Source of the DNA: an uncultured virus (IMG/VR IMGVR_UViG_3300027542_000007)
Lineage: Duplodnaviria > Heunggongvirae > Uroviricota > Caudoviricetes
Direction: 5' to 3' (one strand)
Virus record (IMG/VR): IMGVR_UViG_3300027542_000007
Span: 1 to 64,000 of that record
DNA: 64,000 nt
Shown: piece after piece, positions 40,589 to 51,602 of the stretch
Position numbering within the stretch: the stretch's first letter is position 1
Layout: the number at the start of each line of letters is the position of its first letter
The notes under the pieces: model-generated
Told to the model about the DNA's origin: nothing
The model's input: the letters and a program-made list of their open reading frames with translations, nothing else
The model's database searches: none
Program-made: the position numbers and the translations under genes

Positions 40589-42574
40589 TTAATTTTGAGA
40601 CAGTGTTGACGCCATTAAAGTATACAAGTTAAAGATCTCTTGCTGCTCATAATCTTTAAATACAACAAATACATCAGCTTCAAATATCTTATTTGCTATC
40701 ATAACATCATCCTGTACATAATCCATAACGATGGATGTAAAGTTAGAGCTTCTACGATTGATGATGTTGTTAACGTCATTTCTATACTGGATAAGATCCT
40801 TATCAGTAATAAATGCATAACGGTATCTCGGGCACTCAGTACGGATGTCATGCATAACCTGCGTGATTGCAAAGATATTGTTGACATAACCAAGCTGCGT
40901 TCTTGCAAGGTCTTGAGAAGTATACTGGGTCTCCAGCACGATCTCGTCTCCAATGATGCTTAAGTAATTCAGAGAATTATCACTTAACAATTCCTTCTGG
41001 TCCACATTCGGCCCAACCTTAGGAAGATAAGATATTGTTCCATCTATAATCTCCGGGAAGGTGAAATTATACCTTATACCACTAAGAGGAGCATTTCTGC
41101 GATTTATCAAATGATCTACTAATTTGCTGCAGAGTAGATATGGCAAAGTAACAGTAATCTGCTTCTTTGTCCAGTAGTCAATGATATCGCAGCTCTGTGG
41201 ATAATCTGCACAGAATACACTTCGTTCATGATCTGATCTAGCAAACATAATAGCATCATAGCTTGAAAGCCCAAGACCATAATCTCTCAGGTATAAGGTA
41301 TCTTGACGCCAATCGACAAGCTTAGTTAATGCTTCTTTAACAGCAAACGGATAGTTTGCGTCAGTAATTGCGTCGATTTGATATCTGTCCACATCAGTAA
41401 TACTGTTGTCGAAGTCTCCGTCTACCACAGCGCACATCTGCTCAGCCAAGAGGTCCGGATGCTTGATAGGCATGTCGCCAAACGAACCATTATCTCCTTC
41501 CTGAATCATCATTCCGAGTTCAGAACTGAGGTCGTACCCGTTTTCGTCTATGCTAATTTGCTGCAAAGATTCGCCTTTACGATTCTTACCGAAAATCGGG
41601 TCGATTGTACGAAGTTCTTCCTCTGCTATACCGGTAATATCAGCAAGACGTGATATAAACAGGTTAGTAGAATCATCAAATGCTGCAGCCTTTATTTGAA
41701 GGAACTTTTTAGCACTCTCTGTAATGGATCTACTTTCTCCGAGATACATGGAGTCCTCATTGAAGTTGAACCATACGTATTCATCTTCTTCTTTTACCTC
41801 GCCGATGTAATTGAATTTATACATCTGCATATTCATGTTCTTACTAATTATATAATCCGGTTTGATGCTAAATCTCTTAGAAGATACGCCTCTACCAATA
41901 TCGGTTACAATCCATAATGGATATATGTAACGGTGAATGTCAGGATCTTCAGTATCCGGAACCTGCCCAACCGGGTTCTCATCGGTAAGCGGGTCTCCTA
42001 CCTTAGTTACATGCTCATAATCAATTTCATCACCGTACTCAAGCTCATCTTTTACAAGACGTTCTGCATAGGTACGAGCCTCTTCGAGAGTCTTAATACC
42101 TTTGATAGAAACAGCGTCATAGAGAATCTTAGCTGTATTCATCATTGCTCTCTCGTTTGTAGCATTATTAGAATCCGTAGTTTCCTGACCAGTTACCTTG
42201 TCGATAAACAACGGTTTTCCAGCGGAATCTACCTTCTGGACTTGTTCACTGGATACCTTTGCGAGTATAACCAGGTTAGCAAGATACGCATCGTCTGCCA
42301 CTACTCTTTTACAGAGAAGCTCACCACCGGCTTTAATAATGCTTGCTGCCTGAATCAATGGCTGACCATGTTTCTTATATGATGGTGCATTCCCATACAG
42401 TTTAAAGAAATCTGTGCCGCGAACTCTTCTAAGATTTTCTGGGCCTTTATCCGAACTAAACAGCTGGAAAAACAACGGACTTTGCAGTCTGTCTTCTACT
42501 GTTGTGTCGATGAAGGTACGATCATATAAGTGAATAAAAGTACCCGGACGGTTTTTACTATTCAAAACTGCCAT
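40589..42574 (-). CDS. Contractile tail sheath protein
   Basis: N-terminal RPGTF, FFKLYG, sheath-like C-terminal domain; AAAGGAGG RBS before ATG 42574. Confidence 0.8.
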   Translation of the reverse strand: MAVLNSKNRPGTFIHLYDRTFIDTTVEDRLQSPLFFQLFSSDKGPENLRRVRGTDFFKLYGNAPSYKKHGQPLIQAASIIKAGGELLCKRVVADDAYLANLVILAKVSSEQVQKVDSAGKPLFIDKVTGQETTDSNNATNERAMMNTAKILYDAVSIKGIKTLEEARTYAERLVKDELEYGDEIDYEHVTKVGDPLTDENPVGQVPDTEDPDIHRYIYPLWIVTDIGRGVSSKRFSIKPDYIISKNMNMQMYKFNYIGEVKEEDEYVWFNFNEDSMYLGESRSITESAKKFLQIKAAAFDDSTNLFISRLADITGIAEEELRTIDPIFGKNRKGESLQQISIDENGYDLSSELGMMIQEGDNGSFGDMPIKHPDLLAEQMCAVVDGDFDNSITDVDRYQIDAITDANYPFAVKEALTKLVDWRQDTLYLRDYGLGLSSYDAIMFARSDHERSVFCADYPQSCDIIDYWTKKQITVTLPYLLCSKLVDHLINRRNAPLSGIRYNFTFPEIIDGTISYLPKVGPNVDQKELLSDNSLNYLSIIGDEIVLETQYTSQDLARTQLGYVNNIFAITQVMHDIRTECPRYRYAFITDKDLIQYRNDVNNIINRRSSNFTSIVMDYVQDDVMIANKIFEADVFVVFKDYEQQEIFNLYTLMASTLSQN

Positions 42575-42688
42575 CTTATTATATCCTCCTTTATTTATTT
42601 CAAATAATAATTCAAAATTTACATTCAAAGTTAATAAATGTAATTTACCAATATGTTACCTGAACCTCGTATCGGGGGACTCTATGAA

Positions 42689-43444
42689 TTAATGGCCCAT
42701 CATTATTTTTTCCATTGGATTATAAACATCTTCTTTGGAATCCCCCATATTTATTGCTGCTACAATGGCTTCATTCCAATTCTCACTTAAAATTGCACTG
42801 AATGGGGATATGTATTTAGGGACATCTCTTATTGGTATTGAAACATATCCATTCATATCTCCTTTTTTAAATTTGGATGATGCATAATATGGGGTAGAGA
42901 TATCATCTTTATCTCTACATAATTCTGATATCAATAATCCAAATAATTGCCAATTGGTTTTATAGTTTCCACCATTTAATCTCATAGATTCATAAAAATA
43001 TTCTTGTATTTCGTTATATGGTATAAAGGTAGGTATATTTCCAGTTTTGACAAACATTCTATAGAACTCTTCTACATTTTCTATATCTTTAGCCAATAGC
43101 AAAGAACTCATAAATTTATCTTCATTATTATCAGAATAGTGAAGAATTCTATAATCCATTTTTTCTTGGCCTTCCAGCAATAATCCCTTTACTTTTTCTA
43201 TTTTGCCAGGTCTAGTAGTAAACTTTGTAGGTAATTTTAATTGCCTAATATTTTTTGTTGGGTCTGATTTGCTTGATGATATTTGTGAGTATAATAATAT
43301 ACCCATAGTATCTATATATTCACCGTTTACAATAGCAAATCTCATATCAAACCATTTTTCTGGTATGTATAATAGCACTTCTCCGTTTCCGCTATATACT
43401 AATGAATTGTCTTTTTTCTTAAAATAGGATGGTAGCATGTTCAT
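42689..43444 (-). CDS. RNA polymerase beta-prime C-terminal fragment (probably virion RNAP)
   Basis: LLISELCR and SPFSAILSENWNEAIVAAI...NPMEKIMMG resemble beta' IVRQM and SFISAASFQET..L.EAA...LKENVI.G; late promoter upstream. Confidence 0.65.
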   Translation of the reverse strand: MNMLPSYFKKKDNSLVYSGNGEVLLYIPEKWFDMRFAIVNGEYIDTMGILLYSQISSSKSDPTKNIRQLKLPTKFTTRPGKIEKVKGLLLEGQEKMDYRILHYSDNNEDKFMSSLLLAKDIENVEEFYRMFVKTGNIPTFIPYNEIQEYFYESMRLNGGNYKTNWQLFGLLISELCRDKDDISTPYYASSKFKKGDMNGYVSIPIRDVPKYISPFSAILSENWNEAIVAAINMGDSKEDVYNPMEKIMMGH

Positions 43445-43525
43445 GTAACTCCCTTCATAGTAAAATTACATGAATGTTTTGGCGATAAAAACACCCGGAT
43501 AGGACCCAAGCCCTATCCGGAAAGA

Positions 43526-44149
43526 TTATCTTATCGGTATTCCTCTTGATTTTAAAGGCGTCTTCTTAGTAAGTTCGCCCAATGGTGGACGCCCAGCATT
43601 CATAGTAGCTAAATCATTAAACTCACCGGTTATGGGATTTGGCTTATTAACCGTGTCTTTTCTTGGCTTAGTGATATGATTGTTAAATGCATTCTGCTCT
43701 TCTGTGAGTTGGTCTTCATATATAAGACCTCTTTCTCTTACTGGATAATGTGGGCCTTCTATGCATCCTGGAGTTAACTCTCCTACTTCTGGCAAATCCT
43801 CAAAATTATGGTTAAAATGTCTTATTTGAAGAATGTCTATCATTTTTATATCAATGATATCTTCAGAAAACTTTTCAGAACAGTCAAGGACAATATTGGA
43901 CACATTGTCTTCTGCGCTGCTTAATTTCTTGATATTAGCAACTTTGATGTCCATCACTCGTCCTCTACGTACCACTACCCGTTGATCATTCTCTATGAAT
44001 TGTATAGAAACCATTTCTCCAACTCTAGTTATATAAGTGCTTCCATCATCCATACATATTTCTACACATGGCAATAGCTTATAGCTCTTTGCTTTTGGTA
44101 GTGGTTCTATTGTTCCTATTTCAGGATGCCAATGACTATTTTTTCCCAT
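43526..44149 (-). CDS. Hypothetical protein, apparent paralog of 13282-13704
   Basis: Shared beta-rich pattern. Confidence 0.75.
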   Translation of the reverse strand: MGKNSHWHPEIGTIEPLPKAKSYKLLPCVEICMDDGSTYITRVGEMVSIQFIENDQRVVVRRGRVMDIKVANIKKLSSAEDNVSNIVLDCSEKFSEDIIDIKMIDILQIRHFNHNFEDLPEVGELTPGCIEGPHYPVRERGLIYEDQLTEEQNAFNNHITKPRKDTVNKPNPITGEFNDLATMNAGRPPLGELTKKTPLKSRGIPIR

Positions 44150-45410
44150 TCTTTTTGCCGTTCCTTTCTTTTAATTTCTCTTCATCCTTTTGGATAATAA
44201 GATCAAGGAATTTACAAATATTTTCCTTTACTTTATCGTTAAAATCCTGATTTCCAATGGTCGTTTGCAGTAACAGAATGTTTTGTATGAAGAAATACAT
44301 AAACACATGTTGCGCAATATTAGATGGTGTATAAAGTCTTGTATAAGAAATGAAAGCAGCTATAAATTTCTGAATAGAAACTATATTATATTTCTCTGGA
44401 AGGATCTTATCTAATACTGGGATAGTAGTACCTATATCTCTGATAGTAAAATTAGACTTGTAGTATTTCTGGTTAAAGTCGGAGCAAGTCTTTTTAAATT
44501 TATCTATCATTATAGGTTTGATCTTGATTTTTCCGGCAGCATATGCTTGGTACATTTCTTCATAAGTATAAGCTTGGATAAAAGCATGAGAGCACAGTCT
44601 AAGCATCATAGCTTTTTCCAATGCCTCTTCATCATCTGGATGCTCTTGTTCTAACTTGTCTGCCATTTCAATCATTTCTACTTCGTATTTATGCTGATGC
44701 ATATTTTCAAATTCTTTAAGACTTTCTTCATGATCTTTAGAAATCTTATCCAACTCTTGGTTTGTAAAAGTAGAGAGATCTCTAAATACCGTCTTTTGAT
44801 AGTTATTTGATATAATTACATCGAATAGGTCTTTAGCAAGATTATTCTTCATGGCATTCATGATAGACAGCGAAGCCTGACGTTGCATTCCGCCTTCATT
44901 GGCTACTCTGGATATCTGCGTCTGAATTGCCTGGGGCAATGACTTAAAATATTGGAATTTTTCTCCGCTCTTATATCTATTTACCGCGAGTTGCAGTGTG
45001 TTTACATCAGATTCGGACAATTTCAGATCGGGAAAACTAGTAGAAACATATTCATCTAAGAATTCCCTCTGTATGTCTAATTTACTGATGTCCTCTTCTT
45101 TCATATTTATAAGATTATCAACACTTTCTTCTGTTACAACATTTGGGGCTTGTGCCAATGGAATAGTATGTACCCCACCAGAACCGGTTATTGTTCCTAC
45201 CACTTTTTCAGATTTAATTTCATTTTTACTAGAAGTATTTTCTAATACTCCATTATTTGAAGGTAAATCCTGTGTAGGATCTCTATCTTGATCCAGTATC
45301 TCGGCAAGCCTATCAACTTCAGCATCTGTTAGATCTTCGTTTTCTCCTATTAATTTTCCTAATTCATCTGCACGTTCTAATAACTCATCATAATTTTTGT
45401 TTACATTCAT
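44136..45410 (-). CDS. Hypothetical protein
   Basis: AGGAGG RBS, 424 aa. Confidence 0.8.
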   Translation of the reverse strand: MNVNKNYDELLERADELGKLIGENEDLTDAEVDRLAEILDQDRDPTQDLPSNNGVLENTSSKNEIKSEKVVGTITGSGGVHTIPLAQAPNVVTEESVDNLINMKEEDISKLDIQREFLDEYVSTSFPDLKLSESDVNTLQLAVNRYKSGEKFQYFKSLPQAIQTQISRVANEGGMQRQASLSIMNAMKNNLAKDLFDVIISNNYQKTVFRDLSTFTNQELDKISKDHEESLKEFENMHQHKYEVEMIEMADKLEQEHPDDEEALEKAMMLRLCSHAFIQAYTYEEMYQAYAAGKIKIKPIMIDKFKKTCSDFNQKYYKSNFTIRDIGTTIPVLDKILPEKYNIVSIQKFIAAFISYTRLYTPSNIAQHVFMYFFIQNILLLQTTIGNQDFNDKVKENICKFLDLIIQKDEEKLKERNGKKNGKK

Positions 45411-45432
45411 TTTTAGTGTCCTCCTATAAATA

Positions 45433-46218
45433 TTAAATTGTAGCTGGAATTAAATCTGCTGATAATTCTTGCAATCTTAACCTTATCATGGTTAAGATAA
45501 CCGGACCGCATATCGGGTCCTTAACACATGGAACAAATTGAGATTGAAATACGCTTATTACCTCTTTGGTATAGCTGCATAATAGCTTAGTTATATTTGA
45601 ATCAAAAGTTGATACATATATAAATGTTTCCATATCTATATCCATTCCACATATATTAGCTATTACCTTTTCTAAATTAGCATGTATCAATGCTAAGTTA
45701 GTATTATTCTTAAACATTTTTCTACTATAATTAGATCCGAGATCTTTATTACTAGTTTTTTTAGATTCTGCTATATTGATGGACTCAACAATAGCATTCT
45801 GCTCTCTGATAATAAAATTCGAGAAGAAATTTATTATATTCAGAGTATATCTTGAAATGAAGAAATCATACAAAAAATAAACTAAAGAATATAAATCTAC
45901 ATTCTCGGGATTATTACGATCAAGACTAATAGAAAGATTGTTCAATGAACAAACCTTTTCCATTATTGTTCTGAGTATCATATTATGAGACTGTGTTAAT
46001 TCCTCTGCGTGCATTGGAATAGCAGACAATTGAAATTTGAAATTTTGATCAATTGCATTAACCAAATTTCCAACGTATAATTGGTATGGTCTAAATCTAT
46101 TATTATATCTGGTTTCTACAATATCGTATATCATATCTGTAGAAAAGTTTCCTATTATGGAACTAATTTCATTATCAGATAAAATGCCATATTCAGTGTT
46201 GTTACTTACAAAAGACAT
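45433..46218 (-). CDS. Hypothetical protein
   Basis: AGGAGG RBS, 261 aa. Confidence 0.8.
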   Translation of the reverse strand: MSFVSNNTEYGILSDNEISSIIGNFSTDMIYDIVETRYNNRFRPYQLYVGNLVNAIDQNFKFQLSAIPMHAEELTQSHNMILRTIMEKVCSLNNLSISLDRNNPENVDLYSLVYFLYDFFISRYTLNIINFFSNFIIREQNAIVESINIAESKKTSNKDLGSNYSRKMFKNNTNLALIHANLEKVIANICGMDIDMETFIYVSTFDSNITKLLCSYTKEVISVFQSQFVPCVKDPICGPVILTMIRLRLQELSADLIPATI

Positions 46219-46586
46219 GATTGAGAATCTCCTCCTTCTACTTTTTTGAAATTTACTTTTATATATTTTATTTTATCGTGTGGAATGATCATAGAATCTC
46301 CATTCTTATTAACGATAATAGTACAGTTACTCTTGCACGTATAAGATGTAACCTCATCATATTTTTCTATATTACCATTATCAAAATAAATAAATGCTTC
46401 AAAAAGTAAAATTCTACTACTACCGAATCTTATTTCAGATGGATCCATTGTTTTAATCAAAGATGCATTATAGGATCCTTTTAGCTTATCCAAGTCAACT
46501 TTAGGTGCACTATTATTAGCCGGTGGAGTAGGATTTATCCCACTATCTAATTGCCTAAGAATAGTATTAAAATTATTATCACTCAT
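46206..46586 (-). CDS. Hypothetical protein
   Basis: AGGAGG RBS before ATG 46586 (MSDNNF). Confidence 0.7.
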   Translation of the reverse strand: MSDNNFNTILRQLDSGINPTPPANNSAPKVDLDKLKGSYNASLIKTMDPSEIRFGSSRILLFEAFIYFDNGNIEKYDEVTSYTCKSNCTIIVNKNGDSMIIPHDKIKYIKVNFKKVEGGDSQSCLL

Positions 46587-46669
46587 AGCGATTCCTCCTG
46601 TTTTATTTACTAAGGAGTTGAGATAAGGATAAATCCCTACTCCGTTTAAAGGAGTAGGGACAATACAGA

Positions 46670-48874
46670 TCATCTTATTACAATATTATTAAAGTATTTC
46701 TGCATCGCTGCTCTTTCTTTATCTTGTTGCTCATCGTTTGGATACATATCGTTGAACATGCTATCTGGAATCTTGTATGTTCCTGCGGTCATTAAATCCT
46801 CTTCATCAACATGATATTTCTCAGCATATGCTTTTCTTCCAATGGGATGACTTATGAAAGCTTGTATTGCAGCAGAATCTTGTTGTCTTTGTTTTTCCAA
46901 GAAATCCTCATATAAAATGCTCTTATCTGATTCTATATATTCCAATGACGCTTTGATATCTCCGTCAATCTCTGTTTCAATATATTTGGAAATATCATCA
47001 AATGAATCATTTTCTATATAATCTATCTCTACATCTTCCTCGGTGTCTGTACGTATCATACGTTTATCCATACCGAAGTTTTCCATAAGGTCTTTTCCAT
47101 AGTACCATACATAGAGAGCCATTAGATATGAGAATATCTGGTCATCATGCCCGTTATCCGTGTGTTCTATACGACCATTCTTTTTCACTTCAAGCGTGCA
47201 CAATTCATTATAAAGAATCTCTGCAGCAAATTTATTCTTATGATTATCCATTCTGTCTCTAAGAATTTCCATAAGAAGATTTCTAGAAGCTTTAGTTTCG
47301 TCAAATCCATATACTTTAGTTTTTATCTTACGCTTGTTAAATCCGGAACCATTTGGATCTATCCGGTCTTCAACAACTCTGTCTTTAATCTCATAATAGA
47401 GATTACGTTTAATCTTAGAGTTCTTCAATAAGCCTATAACGGAAGCTCCGAAACCACCATTTCGCTCAATATTAACTATCGCATTTGGCATGTACTTGAC
47501 TACAAGTTCATAAATGCATTTAGCCAAATCTGGAATTGATATATAATTACAATTTAGCGTTGCAATTACATCTGTAGTTTCAGAATCTATTACTGTTATA
47601 GCCGAAGAATCTTTATTATAACCACCAGAAACATCGACTCCTATGATAGGAGGAAATCTCTTAATCTGAGCCCTCTTATAAATATTCATAGTGAATATTC
47701 TGTTAAGAGTTATAGTATATAGCGGCGGCTTAATCTTAGTTTTTACAGCCTCAAGGTCTTGTTTTGTAAATGGAGAGTTATCAGAAGATACAGACCACTC
47801 AAGAAGAACCTCACGTCTAATCTTAGGCCAGTTTTTCTTAAGTTCCTTGACCATTCTCTTGAAGTAATCAATTCCGGAACCGAGCTGCTTATAAGTAAAT
47901 CTAGCATAAAAGAACGTGGAACTATCATTAAGGTTCTGTATTTCCTGCATCTGTTGATATGAATAATCGTAAAATACTTCTTGGAAAGGAGTAGCTGCTT
48001 CTTTAGTAGCATAAGCATCTTTCCCTTCATCCGTAGTCATATCTCCAGGTGTAGTAGTTATAAGTATACCATATGGAGCTCCATTGTTCTTTGCATTGCC
48101 AGAAGCCGTAACAAATGCAGGAGTTGCAGCAGCATATATAATATCATTAAATAGAATAAATGCGTACTCATCATACCATTGCATCGGCATGGTACAACCA
48201 CGACCTAAACCGTCTGCTCCAGCTTTATTTCTAGCACTAGATTTAGCAACTATCAGGTTTCCATTGGAAGGATGTGCTATCTTTTCTGCTCTATTCGTAG
48301 CTTTTAGCTTTTTACCATCAAAACCATATGCTGAATCCATAATCAAGTAAGAAGGTAATGCCGCACGAATATTCTTAAGACGAATTAAGTTATCCTTAGA
48401 ATCTTCATGCTTCTTATTCATAAATGCTATCTGTGAGTTGGTTGTGCCAAAGTTAAATACCCATAAGTACCATACACAAGCACTTACCGTTTTACCGTGC
48501 TGACGAGGCAATTCTAGAAAGAGATTAAAATTATTTACAAAACAATAATTTAGTGCTAGATTTCCTCTATGCAGTTTATACGGTACACCACCGCCAACAG
48601 TTCCACCTTGATCTGGAATTCTTACAACTTCTCTTATAAAATACCAAAAGTTTCGTTGACATTCTAAGAATATCTTCTTTTTCATCATTACATTTAGCTT
48701 AGGGTCTCTAGGGTCTACTCCTATTAAATCCGTATCATATATAGCTAAAAAGAATGCATTATTTTGAATACCTATTGATTTTAAGAAATAATGCATATCC
48801 AAGAATGATTGATTTTTGGTATTTGTATCATAGGTAATTGTAAATTGCATTTGTGGTTGTTGTTGAACTACCAC
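46670..48874 (-). CDS. terL: Terminase large subunit
   Basis: LPRQHGKT Walker A, WYDEYAF Walker B, TTTPG, IGVDVSGG, IERNG, GHDDQI nuclease motifs. Confidence 0.93.
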   Translation of the reverse strand: MVVQQQPQMQFTITYDTNTKNQSFLDMHYFLKSIGIQNNAFFLAIYDTDLIGVDPRDPKLNVMMKKKIFLECQRNFWYFIREVVRIPDQGGTVGGGVPYKLHRGNLALNYCFVNNFNLFLELPRQHGKTVSACVWYLWVFNFGTTNSQIAFMNKKHEDSKDNLIRLKNIRAALPSYLIMDSAYGFDGKKLKATNRAEKIAHPSNGNLIVAKSSARNKAGADGLGRGCTMPMQWYDEYAFILFNDIIYAAATPAFVTASGNAKNNGAPYGILITTTPGDMTTDEGKDAYATKEAATPFQEVFYDYSYQQMQEIQNLNDSSTFFYARFTYKQLGSGIDYFKRMVKELKKNWPKIRREVLLEWSVSSDNSPFTKQDLEAVKTKIKPPLYTITLNRIFTMNIYKRAQIKRFPPIIGVDVSGGYNKDSSAITVIDSETTDVIATLNCNYISIPDLAKCIYELVVKYMPNAIVNIERNGGFGASVIGLLKNSKIKRNLYYEIKDRVVEDRIDPNGSGFNKRKIKTKVYGFDETKASRNLLMEILRDRMDNHKNKFAAEILYNELCTLEVKKNGRIEHTDNGHDDQIFSYLMALYVWYYGKDLMENFGMDKRMIRTDTEEDVEIDYIENDSFDDISKYIETEIDGDIKASLEYIESDKSILYEDFLEKQRQQDSAAIQAFISHPIGRKAYAEKYHVDEEDLMTAGTYKIPDSMFNDMYPNDEQQDKERAAMQKYFNNIVIR

Positions 48875-49000
48875 GATGAATTACCTCCCTTCCATTAAAA
48901 TTATATGGATGTTCTGGAAAGGAGGGTTTAGGGGTGTTAAATGAAGCGGCTTAAACAAAAAATAAACTCGGGTAGGAGTTTATCCCACCCGAGCATACTT

Positions 49001-49414
49001 TTATTTATATTTTCTCTTTTTATTCTTTACATCATATATTCCGATGCTGATACCAGAAAGAATCATAACTGTTGCTATCATGATATTTTTAATGACTAAC
49101 ACGATATCTGTATTTCCACTGATCTTTACTAGTATAGCTGCTCCAGAAATCATAAGAATCATTGAAATTAATGTGAATAGTCTGATATGTAAATTAACCA
49201 TTATATCAGTTCTTCTAATCAATTTCTTTATTAGTATTCTATATAATTTCTTGGCTGCTTTTGTTTCTGGTTTGATATACCTCTTGTTAACCTCTTTACA
49301 GATTAATGCTAGTTTTTGACTTTCAGTTAGATTCTTCCTTTTTGCTCCGCCATTTCCTTTGATTACTGTGAAATTTCTCTCCTTATTATAATTCCTCGCT
49401 AAATTGTTATTCAT
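49001..49414 (-). CDS. Small membrane protein (two hydrophobic helices)
   Basis: Two hydrophobic C-terminal segments. Confidence 0.65.
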   Translation of the reverse strand: MNNNLARNYNKERNFTVIKGNGGAKRKNLTESQKLALICKEVNKRYIKPETKAAKKLYRILIKKLIRRTDIMVNLHIRLFTLISMILMISGAAILVKISGNTDIVLVIKNIMIATVMILSGISIGIYDVKNKKRKYK

Positions 49415-49496
49415 ACTTTACCCCTTTCTTTGCTATACGCAAACTATATTATTATTTCACAGATATGATATATAAGTGAAACAAGTATAATTCACG

Positions 49497-51602
49497 TTAT
49501 TTATCTTTTGACGGAGCAAGCAGTATTTCTTCTTCTTCATCTATATACATCATACCCTTTATCATTTCATCTTCTTCTGGAGAAAGTTTCACCTTGCGAG
49601 ATTCCATATTCATAAATTCCTGTGGTCTAGGCATGAAATATAAATCGGTCTGTGAAGGAGCGGTTTTGGTATATGACAAAGGATTATACAGTGTCTTACT
49701 AATTTTCTGATATTCTAAGCTTACTGTTATAGATGGATGCTTTTTCAAAGCAGTATCGAGGTTAACCAATGCATACTCTGCATTTTCATCGGTCCAATCC
49801 GGATTTTCAAGAACTTTATCGTCATCAAGACCTAATCTAATTTGATTAGCTATAATAACTTCCAGATGAACTGCAGAAACAGAAAGATTGCCATTTATTA
49901 CTGCATTTACAAATTCTTGAATAATAATGTCTTTAGTCATTCCATTTACTTTTGGAAGTTTGCTAATAACCTCTTTAACCTTGTTAAGAGTATCGCTAAG
50001 TTCATTATTAGCAATATGAACAAGGAAAAGATCTGTGTCTATTAGCTTCTCCATGTCTATCATATAGTTTCCTTCTGTTGGCTCAGGCATAGACTTAACC
50101 AAATCAGAAAGCTCCTGTGAAAGCATTAGTTCATCATTACTCTTTAGATAAATCTGAGTAACCTTTCCTTTTGGGCTTATCACGTTGAACCATCTTACAG
50201 TTTCCTCTTCTTCTTCATCAAAATCCATACATGCAGTATCTATTTCTAGAGTCCATTTCTTACAATCGAAATCATCTTTTATATGAATGGCGTTATAACT
50301 CACATCAAATATATCAGAAAATTCATCACACCAATCGAGATTTTTGATATTAGATTCCAGCAAATGCTTAGCGGATAAGAGCATTTGTGTTAACTCTGAT
50401 GATAGTATCTCCGCTGCTATGGTACCGATATTTATATCGTAATTTGTATATGCTAGGTCGCCATAGCATCTATAACAAATTCCTTCCCCTCTTGCATGAG
50501 ACGCACAAGTACATGGGCTCCTAAACAATACAGTTTGCCCTATCAGATGTTTATCGGTACGATAATTTATTTTCATTTCTGGTCCATCGGCTCTAAAACG
50601 ATAATACCGATTATTATACATCTTTAATACTTTTTCGTTATATATAGTAATCTTTATGAAGTTCTTTGTGCCGCATGAATAATTAGGATTTGAGTGAAGA
50701 TTCGTATCCCTGTTGTTTAATCCAAGTATTCTAGCAAAAGCCCCAGACGTTCCTACATTTTTCTTAGAGATAATTAAAGCCTGTCTTCCTTTACCGGATT
50801 CTGGAAGTATATCAGATAACGTACTGAGCCCTTTGTTTATGAAACTAGAATTTATTATATGGGGGTAAGCACCGCCATCCCCATCTGGAACTGTACCAAT
50901 ATTAATGGCAAACTCTCTAAATTGCTTAGGATTGATGCCTTCTCCCACAGCAAATGAGTTCCCCAGACAATGTTCAGAATTCTTCATGATATTAATGGCT
51001 TTATTGGTTATGGCCATTCCCACATTCTTCACATCTTCTATTGGAGTTTTTGATAGGTCTGCGTGAACACAATCATAAAATTCTTGGTTCACATTCATTA
51101 ACTCTATAGTATCCTCATCATTGATGGTGTTGCAAAGATATAATGAAAATTCATCAATGTATCTAAGTTTATACAGAGTATCGTCTATAATATTACATAA
51201 TTTTTTATTTGATATCCTAGATCTGTTTTTATTTAAAAACTTGGTATCAATATATTCTTTAATACGATGCTTATTAAACACGTCGTCAAAGAATAAATAA
51301 TATGATGTAATTTGCTCATCTGTTTTTGCCGGCATCGTCCACATCATAAGATTAAGCATATAATCAAATATTGATAAGGTTACATCCACATTATCGGCAA
51401 ACATTATATTTATTGCCATATGCTGTACATAATCCGTTTCTATTCCATCTCTAAGAATATTTAGTATAGAATAGAAATGAGAGTCAATGTTGTCCTTATT
51501 AATATCCTTTGTAAAGATTTGGATATTTCCATTTTTAACCAAAGGAACATAGACCCCATAGTTCTTAAAGTTTTGTAAATTTGATCCGTATAGTGCCTCC
51601 AT
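49497..51602 (-). CDS. RNA polymerase beta-prime subunit, middle/C-terminal part (probably non-virion RNAP)
   Basis: KKNVGTSGAFAR bridge helix, FRSPCTC..GICYRCYG, IGTIAAEILSSELTQMLLSAKH trigger loop, HLEVII; no catalytic DxDGD motif. Confidence 0.9.
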   Translation of the reverse strand: MEALYGSNLQNFKNYGVYVPLVKNGNIQIFTKDINKDNIDSHFYSILNILRDGIETDYVQHMAINIMFADNVDVTLSIFDYMLNLMMWTMPAKTDEQITSYYLFFDDVFNKHRIKEYIDTKFLNKNRSRISNKKLCNIIDDTLYKLRYIDEFSLYLCNTINDEDTIELMNVNQEFYDCVHADLSKTPIEDVKNVGMAITNKAINIMKNSEHCLGNSFAVGEGINPKQFREFAINIGTVPDGDGGAYPHIINSSFINKGLSTLSDILPESGKGRQALIISKKNVGTSGAFARILGLNNRDTNLHSNPNYSCGTKNFIKITIYNEKVLKMYNNRYYRFRADGPEMKINYRTDKHLIGQTVLFRSPCTCASHARGEGICYRCYGDLAYTNYDINIGTIAAEILSSELTQMLLSAKHLLESNIKNLDWCDEFSDIFDVSYNAIHIKDDFDCKKWTLEIDTACMDFDEEEEETVRWFNVISPKGKVTQIYLKSNDELMLSQELSDLVKSMPEPTEGNYMIDMEKLIDTDLFLVHIANNELSDTLNKVKEVISKLPKVNGMTKDIIIQEFVNAVINGNLSVSAVHLEVIIANQIRLGLDDDKVLENPDWTDENAEYALVNLDTALKKHPSITVSLEYQKISKTLYNPLSYTKTAPSQTDLYFMPRPQEFMNMESRKVKLSPEEDEMIKGMMYIDEEEEILLAPSKDK

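Noticed and set aside
50860..50900. DGDG in the beta' fragment as the catalytic motif
   Set aside because: Context (VPDGDGG) and position do not match NADFDGD; the catalytic subunit is probably outside the window
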